From the NCBI GenBank assembly GCA_038217285.1, contig JBBQPO010000065.1, positions 1 to 23,160 on the forward strand: DNA of 23,160 nt, read 5' to 3'. The stretch is from Chthonomonadales bacterium (GTDB taxonomy: Bacteria > Armatimonadota > Chthonomonadetes > Chthonomonadales > Chthonomonadaceae). This document shows, one piece after another, positions 5,539 through 16,551 of this stretch (positions are counted from its first letter, which is position 1; each line of letters starts with the position of its first letter). The notes beneath the pieces were generated by a model. That model had not been told where the DNA came from. It saw only the letters and a program-made list of their open reading frames with translations, and searched no databases. Position numbers and translations under genes: made by a program.

Positions 5539-8160
5539 TTGCTATTCAGCGCCCTTCCTCCGAAGTCCGATTCCCCATCTCAGGCGACAGGTAAGACGAT
5601 CATCGAAACGCGGACTGTCTATAATCTTGCCTGTCGTCTGGCGGTCGCGTTTACACTGCTTCCCGGCCTGATCGGAAGTGGCGCGCCGGCCGCCGCGCAA
5701 GCACCGACCGTACCCTCGGCTGTGCCGCCCGTCTCCGCACCGCCTGAGAGCACCCCCCCTATCACGGCTCCGCCAACAGGTACGCCGCCCGTTACGCCTC
5801 CGGACCCGGCCGACAGTTCGCCCCCTGACCGGCCCGGACAGTTGCAGCCGCAGATACGTGTCGGCTCAATAGAGTTCTCCGACGGCAAGGGCGGTATCAT
5901 GGGCAGCCGCGGCGTCGAAGTATCCTACGCAGGCACCACCGTCACCGCAGACCGCGTGGTAGGCAACGTCAACCGGGAACTCGTCCTCAGCGGCAACGCC
6001 AAAATCGAGTCCCATGGCCTGACCTCCTATGCCGATGCCATCCATGTCTTTCCCAAGACCCACTCTTTCCGTCTGGACAACCCGCGCGGTGTCCTCGAAC
6101 CCTCCCTGCTGCAAAACCGCATTCTCGACCCTCTCTACGTTACGGGCGGTTCGCTCAGCGGCAGCAGCACCGGCTACAGCTATGGCGACCACATCACCGC
6201 GACCACCTGTGTGGAAGAGAAGCACCACTACGAGTTTCGTATAGGAGAGGCCGAACTCTTTCCCTATAAGAAGCTGGTGATGCACCGGGTCTCCCTCTAT
6301 CTGTTCGGCGTCAAGGTCGTCACCCTTCCCTCCCTCGTCGTCCCGCTGGATGTCCGCAAGCCCGATTCGCGTCGGCCGCGCACCGACTACCTGCCGGAGT
6401 TCGGGCAGAACCTCAACGAGGGTTACTATGTCCGGCTGCCCTATGCCTTCGCCGAAGGCAACTCCGCTGGCACCTTCGTGCGACTGGACATAACGCAGAA
6501 GCGCGGCGAGGGCTACCGTCTGGAGCAGGATTACCTGGCAGGCAAACAGACCAGCGGATTCAGCACGGCGGGCATCTCTCCGCAGGGCGGCTTTACCGGC
6601 GCGACGTCCGGCGTCGTTGCCAACGCCTTCGGATATGGTTCGGTGCAGCGGCTTCCAGGGCTTGGCAGCGGGCTTGGCCCTCAGAACGGCGGCCTGTTCG
6701 CCATGCAGGGCTATTTCGCGGACGGCTTCAACCGCTTCTTCAACACCAGCTTCCGGCACCAACAGGGTATCGGCGGCAGCAACCGCTTCGCTCTGACGAC
6801 CGAGCTTCAGCGCGACAGCTACTTCATCGGCAGCAACCAGAGTTCTCAGAACACCCGCTTCAACTTCGACCATTCCGACGCCGCCCACGGGGTGCAGGGC
6901 AACCTTACGCTGGGCGTAACAGACTCCGATCAGAGCGGACTCTCCTCCAGCAAGTCGAGCCAAATCACCGGCAGTCTGCGCGAATCCTTCGATTTCGCCT
7001 CCCATGGCTCCAATCACAACTCGCTCTCTTACGGTTTCGATGCGAACCGGTATCTCACTCTCTCGCCGGGCTTCAGCAACCGCACAGCCACACTCGACTC
7101 GCAGTTTCAGTTGCAGCATGTCTCGCGGGACTACTCCTTTTCGGTCGAAGCCAACAAAGATACCAAGATAGGGCTGCAGACCGGCAACGGCAATTTCGGC
7201 GCGCTGGAGAAGCTGCCGGAGCTGAAGTTCAGCACCGATACGGTCAACTATCGGGGGGGATTTCTGCGGTCGTTGCCGCTTCATATGGACATCGGAGTCG
7301 GACGCTACTCGGAGCCAAGCCACAACTTCACCAACGACCGTCTGCTGCTCGGCTTCACGATGCAGGACATCTCCCTGATGCGTGGCCGCACGGAGATGGT
7401 GACGAGCGGCGGCTTCGAACAGCGGCTCTACAGCGACACAGCGGCGCAGTTCATCACGCGCAACACCACGCGCCTGCGCCAGCATATCGGGGGTCGCTCC
7501 GGCATCGATCTCAACTACAACTACGAGCAGCCGGAGGGCGGCACGCCGTTTCTCTTCGACGTCTTCGGCAAATCGCACAATATCACCGCCGAAGCAGGCT
7601 ATCTGGACGACCAGCACTTCCAGTTCACCGCTCGCGTCGGTTACGATCTGCTCGGCCAGACGCCAGGATTCACCGCGCGCCCTTTTCAGACCCTCTCCAC
7701 CCGCATGATGGTTCGACCCAACGACCACCTGCGCTACGACGCCCTCGCGACCTACGATCCCAATACCGGCGCATTCATCTCCTTCTCCAACAGCCTGAAA
7801 CTCCGCGCCCGCAACGACTTCGCCATCGACCTCATCGGGCGCTACGATCCCACACTGCACAAGTTCAGCCAGCTCAACACGCAGTTCGACATTCCGGTAG
7901 GGCGCACCTGGCGCGTTCAGGGCCTCTGGCGGTACAACGGCATCTCGAAAATGTTCGAGAGCCGTAACCTCCAAATCCTCCACGAGTGGGACTGTATGGA
8001 GGCGTCGGTCACCTACTCCGAGAGCCCCATCGGCTTCAGCTCCGGCAACAGCCGTCAGATCTACTTCACCCTGCGTCTGAAAGCGTTCCCCTTCTTCCGC
8101 AGCTTCGCCCGTGGCGCCGCTGGCCAGGCCCTCAGCACCGGCATCGGGGATCTCTATTAG
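5539..8160 (+). CDS. lptD: LptD-like outer-membrane beta-barrel (LPS assembly family) with Pro-rich N-terminal linker
   Basis: Signal peptide ending AAA-QA, Pro-rich linker, OstA-like beta-taco (VEVSYAGTTVTADRV..GN), ATTC...HY and LFGVKVVTLP motifs typical of LptD, many amphipathic beta-strands, C-terminal WDC...IYFTLRLKAFP. TTG 5539 has a GAGGAG SD (track start 5512). Confidence 0.72.
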   Translation: MLFSALPPKSDSPSQATGKTIIETRTVYNLACRLAVAFTLLPGLIGSGAPAAAQAPTVPSAVPPVSAPPESTPPITAPPTGTPPVTPPDPADSSPPDRPGQLQPQIRVGSIEFSDGKGGIMGSRGVEVSYAGTTVTADRVVGNVNRELVLSGNAKIESHGLTSYADAIHVFPKTHSFRLDNPRGVLEPSLLQNRILDPLYVTGGSLSGSSTGYSYGDHITATTCVEEKHHYEFRIGEAELFPYKKLVMHRVSLYLFGVKVVTLPSLVVPLDVRKPDSRRPRTDYLPEFGQNLNEGYYVRLPYAFAEGNSAGTFVRLDITQKRGEGYRLEQDYLAGKQTSGFSTAGISPQGGFTGATSGVVANAFGYGSVQRLPGLGSGLGPQNGGLFAMQGYFADGFNRFFNTSFRHQQGIGGSNRFALTTELQRDSYFIGSNQSSQNTRFNFDHSDAAHGVQGNLTLGVTDSDQSGLSSSKSSQITGSLRESFDFASHGSNHNSLSYGFDANRYLTLSPGFSNRTATLDSQFQLQHVSRDYSFSVEANKDTKIGLQTGNGNFGALEKLPELKFSTDTVNYRGGFLRSLPLHMDIGVGRYSEPSHNFTNDRLLLGFTMQDISLMRGRTEMVTSGGFEQRLYSDTAAQFITRNTTRLRQHIGGRSGIDLNYNYEQPEGGTPFLFDVFGKSHNITAEAGYLDDQHFQFTARVGYDLLGQTPGFTARPFQTLSTRMMVRPNDHLRYDALATYDPNTGAFISFSNSLKLRARNDFAIDLIGRYDPTLHKFSQLNTQFDIPVGRTWRVQGLWRYNGISKMFESRNLQILHEWDCMEASVTYSESPIGFSSGNSRQIYFTLRLKAFPFFRSFARGAAGQALSTGIGDLY

Positions 8161-8171
8161 TCGCCTGTTTT

Positions 8172-8933
8172 TCAGAGCGTCATACGGAGAGAGTCCAGAA
8201 AGTTCAGGCTTTTAAGGTCGCGGTCGGAGCGGTAGCGGATATACCAGCGCATGGCGCGCGCCACCTCGGCGGCGACCTTGGGGGCGGGCTGCAGAGTCAG
8301 GAGCTGTTCCGGTTCTGTGCCGGCGAGAAGCTGGAGGAGTTTGAGCGCGTCGAAGGAGAGAGCCTGGGCGTCGTCCGCGCGGTAGCGGTCGGCGTTGCAC
8401 AGCGCCCCGCCGAGCGCGGGGCTGAAACCGATCTGCCGGCCGCTCAGCAGCTCCCCGCAGCGCACGCAGTGCTCCAGCGCGGGGGCGTAGCCGATCATTG
8501 CCAACAAGCGCAGCTCGTAGGCGTGGACAACGGCATCCGGGTAGGTCGTGGCGCGCTGGAGCAGGTAGAGCGCCGACAGCAGGAGGTCGTAGAGATCCGT
8601 GCTCTGCAGCGCGTCGCTCTCCGCCGTCAGTCGATCCAGCAACTCGCACAGGTACGTGGCGCGGGCCAGCTTCTCCAGGTCGATGCGGATACCCGGAAAC
8701 GACTGCTGGATCTCCGCCTGCTGTACGATCTCCAGCGATTTTCCGGAGGCCAGCAGGAAGCGCGTCTCGGTGAAGAGCTCTGTCGCGCCGCTGGTGCGGC
8801 TTCCGGCTTTGCGCGCTCCCTTGGCAATTACGGAGAGCTTGCCGTGTTCTCGCGTGTACAGGGTCAGGATTTTGTCGGTCTCCCCGGTGTTCAGCCGGTG
8901 CAGAACCAGACCGGTCGCAGTATAAGAGGGCAT
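8172..8933 (-). CDS. recO: DNA repair protein RecO
   Basis: GLVL...GETDKILTLYTREHGKLSVIAKGARK..S; GYAPALEHCVRCG...GGALCNAD (Zn-finger region). Confidence 0.95.
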   Translation of the reverse strand: MPSYTATGLVLHRLNTGETDKILTLYTREHGKLSVIAKGARKAGSRTSGATELFTETRFLLASGKSLEIVQQAEIQQSFPGIRIDLEKLARATYLCELLDRLTAESDALQSTDLYDLLLSALYLLQRATTYPDAVVHAYELRLLAMIGYAPALEHCVRCGELLSGRQIGFSPALGGALCNADRYRADDAQALSFDALKLLQLLAGTEPEQLLTLQPAPKVAAEVARAMRWYIRYRSDRDLKSLNFLDSLRMTL

Positions 8934-8940
8934 GATAGTG

Positions 8941-10353
8941 TTAGTTTTCGAAGCGGGCGCGGTAGGCCCGAAAACGACGCTGCAGGGCGGTGAGGGCGAA
9001 GTGTTCCGCCTCTTGGACCGCCTCTCTGTCGATAGAGTGAGTCTTATTGTCTCCGGTCGGGCGCAGGGTCATGGTCGCTGTAGCGAGATCCTGCCAGAGA
9101 ACGACGCCATCGGCGACGCGTATCAGGGCGCCGACCGCTTCGGCGCGGGCCTCACGCGTGGCAAACGCCTGCGCGGCGTCCGGCGTTCCGGTCTGCAGCT
9201 CCACGGCGGTGATATGGGCCATAAGTACATAGGAAACTTCGAGCCGTTTTCCCAGCGCCTGCACCCGCGCTGTCTCCGGCTGATCCTGCCTCCAGAGCGC
9301 ATCGACCGTAATCCCCTCTCGTTTCAGCATGGCGCGTGACCTCTCCACGGGAACGACATCTTTCCCGCCGAGAGGAGCGATATCCGGTTGAAACTGGGTC
9401 GCCAGGTCGGCAGGAAGATCGCGCACCGCCGCCGAGGCCACGCGCCGCCCTTCCTGTGTAAAGAGCAGGGCATCAGCGTCGGTAGGAGCGGGAACCGGCA
9501 GCAGCGCGACACGCTCCTCTGCCTGCGCGAAGGGCGCGATCTCGCCGGTCCAGAAGGTGTGCGCCGCGACGGCCGCCGCCTGCTGGGCCGCTTCCGTCGC
9601 CAGTTGGACGGCGGTACGACGGTAACTCTCTTTGAACAGCACATGCCCGGTGACAGCCGTCCCAAAGAAGGGAAACGTCGGCGGCAAGGCAGGCAAAGTC
9701 AGACGGCGCTTTCTGCGCTTGCCGGGAGGGCTTTCGTCCGGGAGGGCTGCGGGGGCGATCAGCACGAACTGCATCGTTCCCCGCAGCGTCACGGAGCGTG
9801 TCGCCCCTTCGTTGCGCTCCAGATGCGTCAATTTCGGAATGAGGACAGCGTCGCAATCCAGCGCTCTCCCCAGTCGCCGCGCGGCTTCAGCGCTCTGCAG
9901 GGAGGCGTCGGTCAGGTGCAATGTGGTAAGTGCGGCACGGACCTCGGCTTCTGTCGGCAGGACCAGGTGCCGCTGCGTCCGTAAACGCTCCGCCAGATCG
10001 TCGTAGAGAAGCGCCTCGCACAACGCGTTCAACTGCGCCGGTGTCGCCTCATGAACAGAAACAGGCTTCTCGCCTGGTGCTTTTTTCTTCCCTGGCTCAC
10101 CCTTCGTCGTTTTCGGCCCGGACTTGTGCGTAGCGAAAAGACCGAACAGGCCCCCTTTTCGTGGGCCTTGCAGCGCCGCAGCGCGTTCCGTGACGATCCA
10201 CTTCTGCATACCGGGGGCTGGGGCCGCAGGAGGCAGTAGCACAACCCGGCGTAAAGCAGGCTGTGGCGGCGTCTCCTGCGCCCGAGACGCGCCTGAAACG
10301 ATCAGAAGGCACAAAAGGCTGCCGATCCGCATTTTCCAACGTGGTGTTGTCAC
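8941..10353 (-). CDS. Exported hypothetical protein with two CsgG/TolB_N/LpoB-like alpha/beta domains
   Basis: Signal peptide MRIGSLLCLLIVSGASRA-QE; repeated RVVLLP...ARRLGRALDCDAVL and RVALLP...QALGKRLEVSYVL...LIRVADGVVLW. Start uncertain (10371, 10353 or 10332); the 10851 track start overlaps a divergent operon and is rejected. Confidence 0.6.
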   Translation of the reverse strand: MTTPRWKMRIGSLLCLLIVSGASRAQETPPQPALRRVVLLPPAAPAPGMQKWIVTERAAALQGPRKGGLFGLFATHKSGPKTTKGEPGKKKAPGEKPVSVHEATPAQLNALCEALLYDDLAERLRTQRHLVLPTEAEVRAALTTLHLTDASLQSAEAARRLGRALDCDAVLIPKLTHLERNEGATRSVTLRGTMQFVLIAPAALPDESPPGKRRKRRLTLPALPPTFPFFGTAVTGHVLFKESYRRTAVQLATEAAQQAAAVAAHTFWTGEIAPFAQAEERVALLPVPAPTDADALLFTQEGRRVASAAVRDLPADLATQFQPDIAPLGGKDVVPVERSRAMLKREGITVDALWRQDQPETARVQALGKRLEVSYVLMAHITAVELQTGTPDAAQAFATREARAEAVGALIRVADGVVLWQDLATATMTLRPTGDNKTHSIDREAVQEAEHFALTALQRRFRAYRARFEN

Positions 10354-10403
10354 AGGCTCCGATCTCTCCATCGGCTCATGAGGAGAGCCGTTTCTGTGAA
10401 CTA

Positions 10404-10433
10404 TTGACAATCCCTGGCGGTATTTTGTATACT
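10404..10433 (+). promoter_or_regulatory. sigma70 promoter for the HTH-wzm-wzt operon
   Basis: TTGACA-N18-TATACT. Confidence 0.65.
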
Positions 10434-10530
10434 CTACCTTGTTCACCACCAGAAACAAGATTCCTCTGTCGCCCGATGCGCCCGGCAAGACCTGCGCGGC
10501 GACCGATATTCTCCAGAACGAGGGAACCGC

Positions 10531-10788
10531 ATGGATGTCGAGACAAGAGAACTGCTTACCGTCGAACAGGCCGCACAATATCTGCAGGTCAGTCAGTCTT
10601 CCATACGCTCCTATATTCGGCAGGGACGGCTGCAGGCGTTCCGTATCGCCGGAAAACGCAAAGTCTTGATTCCGCGTGCTGCTCTGCTGGCGCTGCTCGA
10701 ACCGGCCCGCCCGGAAGACATTGCGGTCATCGTAGAGACGGCAGACGGCCCCAATACCCCGGAAGAGAAAAACGGCTCTCATGCGTGA
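10531..10788 (+). CDS. Excisionase-family (HTH_17, MerR-like) DNA-binding protein
   Basis: LLTVEQAAQYLQVSQSSIRSYIRQGRLQAFRIAGKRKVLIPRAAL; GAGGG SD; stop overlaps the next start (ATGCGTGA). Confidence 0.88.
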   Translation: MDVETRELLTVEQAAQYLQVSQSSIRSYIRQGRLQAFRIAGKRKVLIPRAALLALLEPARPEDIAVIVETADGPNTPEEKNGSHA

Positions 10789-11653
10789 AGAGCTGCGAGA
10801 AGTATGGCGTTTCCGATATCTGCTGCGCCAGTTCGTCATGCGCGAACTCAAAATCCGCTACAAGAACTCCGTCTTCGGCGTATTATGGTCCGTTGTGCCT
10901 CTGATAATCTCGGTCCTTGTCTACTCATTTCTCTTCAAATCCGTCATGGGAAAGCAGGTCGATAACTATTCGGCCTACGCTCTCTGCGGCATCATTCCCT
11001 GGACCTTTTTTACGTCGGCATGCCTCGACTCCTGCCAGTCCCTTATAAACAACTATGGGATCATGAAAAAGGTCTATTTGCCGCGTGAGATCATTCCGCT
11101 GGCTTATGTCCTTAGCAACAGCATCCACTTTATCGTGGGATGGGCCTTCTACTTTACGACATTCTATCTCATTTGGCCCCTTGTCCTGCACATCCATATT
11201 CCTATTCTGCCATCCATTGTCTGGTTTCCATTCGTCCTGGTGATGGAGTTTCTGCTGATCCTCGGCCTCTCGCTCTGGTTTGCAGCGCTCAATCTCTACT
11301 ATCAGGATGTAAAATATGTCCTCCAAACCCTCTTCGGGTCCTTCTTTTTCCTGCTGCCCGTTCTCTATCCAGTCTATCTCCACTACTACACCCTGCGCAA
11401 AAACGGACTGGAGTGGGCGTATTCGCTCGACCTCATCAATCCGATTACCGCTATTCTCACCGGCTTTCGGGAGACACTGTTGCAGCCACTGGCCCCGGAG
11501 AAGTTCAATGCGAACTTAGCAGGTCAGCCTATGCTCCACATCTACAACCCTGCCTGGGCTTATGTGGCGGCCATATTGATCACGTTGCTGATTCTCTGGA
11601 GCGGCTACGCCTTCTTCAACTCCCGTAAGTGGCAGTTCGTGGAGCGCTACTGA
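10781..11653 (+). CDS. wzm: ABC-2 polysaccharide/polyol-phosphate export permease (Wzm/TagG/RfbA)
   Basis: RELKIRYKNSVFGVLW, GIIPWTFF, KKVYLPREIIP, YQDV, PVLYP, INP; six TM segments. Confidence 0.9.
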   Translation: MREELREVWRFRYLLRQFVMRELKIRYKNSVFGVLWSVVPLIISVLVYSFLFKSVMGKQVDNYSAYALCGIIPWTFFTSACLDSCQSLINNYGIMKKVYLPREIIPLAYVLSNSIHFIVGWAFYFTTFYLIWPLVLHIHIPILPSIVWFPFVLVMEFLLILGLSLWFAALNLYYQDVKYVLQTLFGSFFFLLPVLYPVYLHYYTLRKNGLEWAYSLDLINPITAILTGFRETLLQPLAPEKFNANLAGQPMLHIYNPAWAYVAAILITLLILWSGYAFFNSRKWQFVERY

Positions 11654-11656
11654 TCC

Positions 11657-12430
11657 ATGGCAACAGCACACCCCCTGACAGCCGCAGACGGTCCGGCGAT
11701 CGAGATCATCCATCTGGTGAAGCAGTTTCGTATCGTGCACACGGGGACTATCAAAGGCGCTCTCTCCCGGATTTTCAAACGACCGGAGGTCGTGCAGTTC
11801 ACGGCGCTCCAGGACATCTCTTTTACGGTTCCCCGCGGGCAGACGCTGGCCGTGATCGGGCGCAACGGGTCCGGGAAGTCCACATTGCTGGGCATTCTGG
11901 CGCGTGTCTACCGTGCGACATCCGGCACCGTGCGCCTGAACGGCCTGGACGGCCGGCCGGCGCGTATCGCGCCGCTGCTGGAACTGGGGGCGGGATTTCA
12001 GAACGACCTGACCGGCTATCAGAATGTGGAGTTCTATGGCGCGTTGCTGGGAATGAATGCCCGCCAGGTTCGCGAACGCCTCGATCAGATCGTTGAGTTC
12101 GCAGAGCTGAAAGAGAAGATGGATACGGCGCTGCATGGCTGGAACGACGGGGCCAAGTTGCGGCTCGGCTTTTCGATCGCCGTTCATATCGATCCCGATA
12201 TTTTGCTGGTGGACGAGGTGCTGGCGGTTGGCGACGAGGCGTTCCAGAACAAGTGCTATCGCCTTATCGCCGAACTGCAGGCGCAGGGCAAGACCATCGT
12301 CTTCGTCTCGCACGATCTCCCAGTTGTGGAACGAGTCGCCAACCGCGTCCTCTGGCTCAACAAAGGCGTCATCGTTCAGGACGGCGATGTCGCCACCGTT
12401 CTCTCCGCCTACCGCGCCGACTCCGAATGA
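11657..12430 (+). CDS. wzt: Polysaccharide export ABC ATPase (Wzt/TagH) without a C-terminal Wzt_C domain
   Basis: ALQDISF, GRNGSGKST, LLELGAGF..LTG..N, ILLVDEVLAVGD..FQ.KC, VSHD. Confidence 0.92.
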   Translation: MATAHPLTAADGPAIEIIHLVKQFRIVHTGTIKGALSRIFKRPEVVQFTALQDISFTVPRGQTLAVIGRNGSGKSTLLGILARVYRATSGTVRLNGLDGRPARIAPLLELGAGFQNDLTGYQNVEFYGALLGMNARQVRERLDQIVEFAELKEKMDTALHGWNDGAKLRLGFSIAVHIDPDILLVDEVLAVGDEAFQNKCYRLIAELQAQGKTIVFVSHDLPVVERVANRVLWLNKGVIVQDGDVATVLSAYRADSE

Positions 12431-12447
12431 GCCGCCCGCCTGCATCA

Positions 12448-12508
12448 TTGACACCAGGCATATGGTTGAGTATAATTTACTAAACCATACTTGACTTAAT
12501 TATACTTA
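12448..12508 (+). promoter_or_regulatory. Perfect sigma70 promoter overlapped by operator-like inverted repeats
   Basis: TTGACA (12448-12453), N17, TATAAT (12471-12476); IR TATGGTTGAGTA-n5-TACTAAACCATA (11/12 match) over the -10; second IR arm pair TGAGTATAATT / AATTATACTTA. Confidence 0.75.
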
Positions 12509-12544
12509 TTCAAAACGTACTCACCCTAATCTCTGGAAGCACGA

Positions 12545-13009
12545 ATGTCCTTTTCATCTCTCAAACCGGAGCCGTTCTTCAATCGTACCAGCGAACTGGC
12601 CGCGCTGGACCGTGCCTGGAAACACCGCGGACACGGCGGGCAAATGGCGCTGCTCTACGGCAGGCGACGGCTTGGCAAGACCTACCTCTTACAACACTAC
12701 TTTACCGGCGGCGTCAGCGGGCAGGAGGAGGCACGATCGCACTGCTACTCTCTGGCGGACCAGACCACGGACACAGTGCAGCGCCTGACACTGGCGCAGC
12801 AATTGCTGATGGCCCTGCCGTCGGAAGGAGTCACGCCGGAAGAGATCGCCGTCTCCTGGAACGCTCTGTTACGGTATGTTTCGCAGTCGGCCCAGGGGCG
12901 AGATAACGCAGCGGGACGTTTCGGCCTGATACTGGACGAGTTTCCCTATCTGGTGGAACGCACGCCGGAACTGCCTTCGATTTTGCAGGCATGGTGGGAT
13001 CGCGCTTGA
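12545..13009 (+). pseudogene. Truncated archaeal-type AAA ATPase (ATPase_2/DUF234 family), N-terminal 154 aa only
   Basis: FFNRTSELAAL, LYGRRRLGKTYL (Walker A), ILDEFPYL (Walker B), PSILQAWWD then stop. Family members normally continue with an LILCGS strand, a wHTH and a nuclease-like domain. Confidence 0.8.
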
Positions 13010-15243
<2,234 letters not shown>

Positions 15244-15266
15244 GCACCGTTCGTTGCGGAGTTCGG

Positions 15267-15782
15267 TCAAAAATCGCCGAAGGTGCCGGGGTCGGGGCCG
15301 CTGGTCTCTGCGGCGGTAATACGCCATTCGTGTGTCGAGTAGAGGCCGAAGAGGTGGGGGACGTCTGTACGGTGCAGATGCAGCGCGATACGTCCGGTGT
15401 AGACCTCGGCATTCAGGCCCGGCTCCTCGTGTTTCAGAGAGAGATCGAACTGCGCGGAGGCCTCGTCCGCCGTGCCGCCCTCGAAACTGAAGTTGGTGAC
15501 GTCGGCGCGCATCTCCTGCGCGTTACGGAAGGTGCGGGCCAGCAGCAGACGCAACTGATCCTGTTTGAGATTAACGATCTTGGCGTCGTTGTCTGTCGTG
15601 ATATAGCCCATAATGGTATTGACGTTTTTGGTCGCGACGGCAGTCTGCATACGCTGCACCATCTCGCGGGCCTGCGCTTCGGTCAGGGGACCGTTGCCCG
15701 TCTGCGACAGACGGTAGATAAAGACCAGCGATCCGGCCAGCACGGCGCAAAGACTCAGTATGATCCAGGAACTACGTTTCAT
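15267..15782 (-). CDS. Membrane-anchored NTF2/SnoaL-like hypothetical protein
   Basis: N-terminal TM; MQTAVATKNVNTIMGYI helix, beta-strands and terminal EWRITAAE typical of NTF2-like folds; AAGGAG SD. Confidence 0.65.
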   Translation of the reverse strand: MKRSSWIILSLCAVLAGSLVFIYRLSQTGNGPLTEAQAREMVQRMQTAVATKNVNTIMGYITTDNDAKIVNLKQDQLRLLLARTFRNAQEMRADVTNFSFEGGTADEASAQFDLSLKHEEPGLNAEVYTGRIALHLHRTDVPHLFGLYSTHEWRITAAETSGPDPGTFGDF

Positions 15783-15832
15783 TTTTGTGCTCCTTTTGGA
15801 AAACGCTGGGGCGGGCGCTTTTTCTCGGGAAG

Positions 15833-15897
15833 TGAACCTTTTCGTATCTCGCGCCGACAGAAGAGATAACAGAACTGTCGCGCGATGCCCTTACGTC
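15833..15897 (+). promoter_or_regulatory. Two candidate ECF autoregulatory promoters
   Basis: TGAACC-N16-CGAC (15833-15858) and AGAACT-N17-CGTC (15871-15897) upstream of the ECF gene. Confidence 0.45.
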
Positions 15898-15981
15898 TCA
15901 TACTATAGGGGCAAGCACGGCGTTAGCGAACAGCCGACTGCCGCCGCTAATATTCGGTAAAGAGGTTGAACTACAGCCAGC

Positions 15982-16551
15982 ATGACCATGCGCGACGAGC
16001 GACAGTTAGTACAACGGATACAGGCGGGCAACCGCGAGGCATTCGAGGAACTCCTCGACTCCTACGAGACGCGAGTCTATCGGCTGGCGCTGCGCTTTAC
16101 AGACAGCATCCCTGATGCCGAAGATGTTACGCAGGAGATATTCCTCGCCGTCTACAAAAGCCTGGGTAATTTTCGGGGCAACTCCGCCCTGGGAACCTGG
16201 ATCTATCGTGTCGCGATGAATCACTGTCTGGAGTTTCGGCGCAAACGCCGTCTGGAGACGCTGCCGCTGGACGAAGAGATCGCACTCGTCACGCAGGACT
16301 GGCGGCACGACCCGGTGCAGAGCGCGGACCGGCGTGAGCTTGCCGCAAAAGTCGAGGCCGCGATCAACTGTCTCTCCCCGCTCCACCGGGATGTCATCGT
16401 ACTGCATGAGCTGCAGGGATTAACCTATCAAGAGGTCGCCGCCGCGCTGGATGTGCCGGTCGGCACGGTCAAATCCCGTCTCTCCAACGCTTTTCGCCGC
16501 CTGCGTGACCTGCTCGGCGGCTATGTCCACGAAGGAAGCCCGACGATATGA
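15982..16551 (+). CDS. ECF sigma factor (RpoE/SigW-like)
   Basis: DAEDVTQEIFL, FRGNSALGTWIYRVAMNHC, LTYQEVA..LDVPVGTVKSRLS.A. Confidence 0.95.
   Translation: MTMRDERQLVQRIQAGNREAFEELLDSYETRVYRLALRFTDSIPDAEDVTQEIFLAVYKSLGNFRGNSALGTWIYRVAMNHCLEFRRKRRLETLPLDEEIALVTQDWRHDPVQSADRRELAAKVEAAINCLSPLHRDVIVLHELQGLTYQEVAAALDVPVGTVKSRLSNAFRRLRDLLGGYVHEGSPTI

Noticed and set aside
5866-8993. 705-aa (-) and 335-aa (+) ORFs
   Set aside because: Shadows of lptD and recO.
10531-10788. Excisionase as evidence of a prophage or ICE
   Set aside because: No integrase, att repeats, tRNA or phage genes in the window.
10372-10851. Extension of the hypothetical protein to 636 aa
   Set aside because: Overlaps the divergent promoter, HTH gene and wzm; the signal peptide begins near 10353-10332.
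10781-11653. Lower GC of wzm as a horizontal-transfer signal
   Set aside because: Explained by Phe/Ile/Leu/Tyr-rich membrane composition; the adjacent wzt has normal GC.
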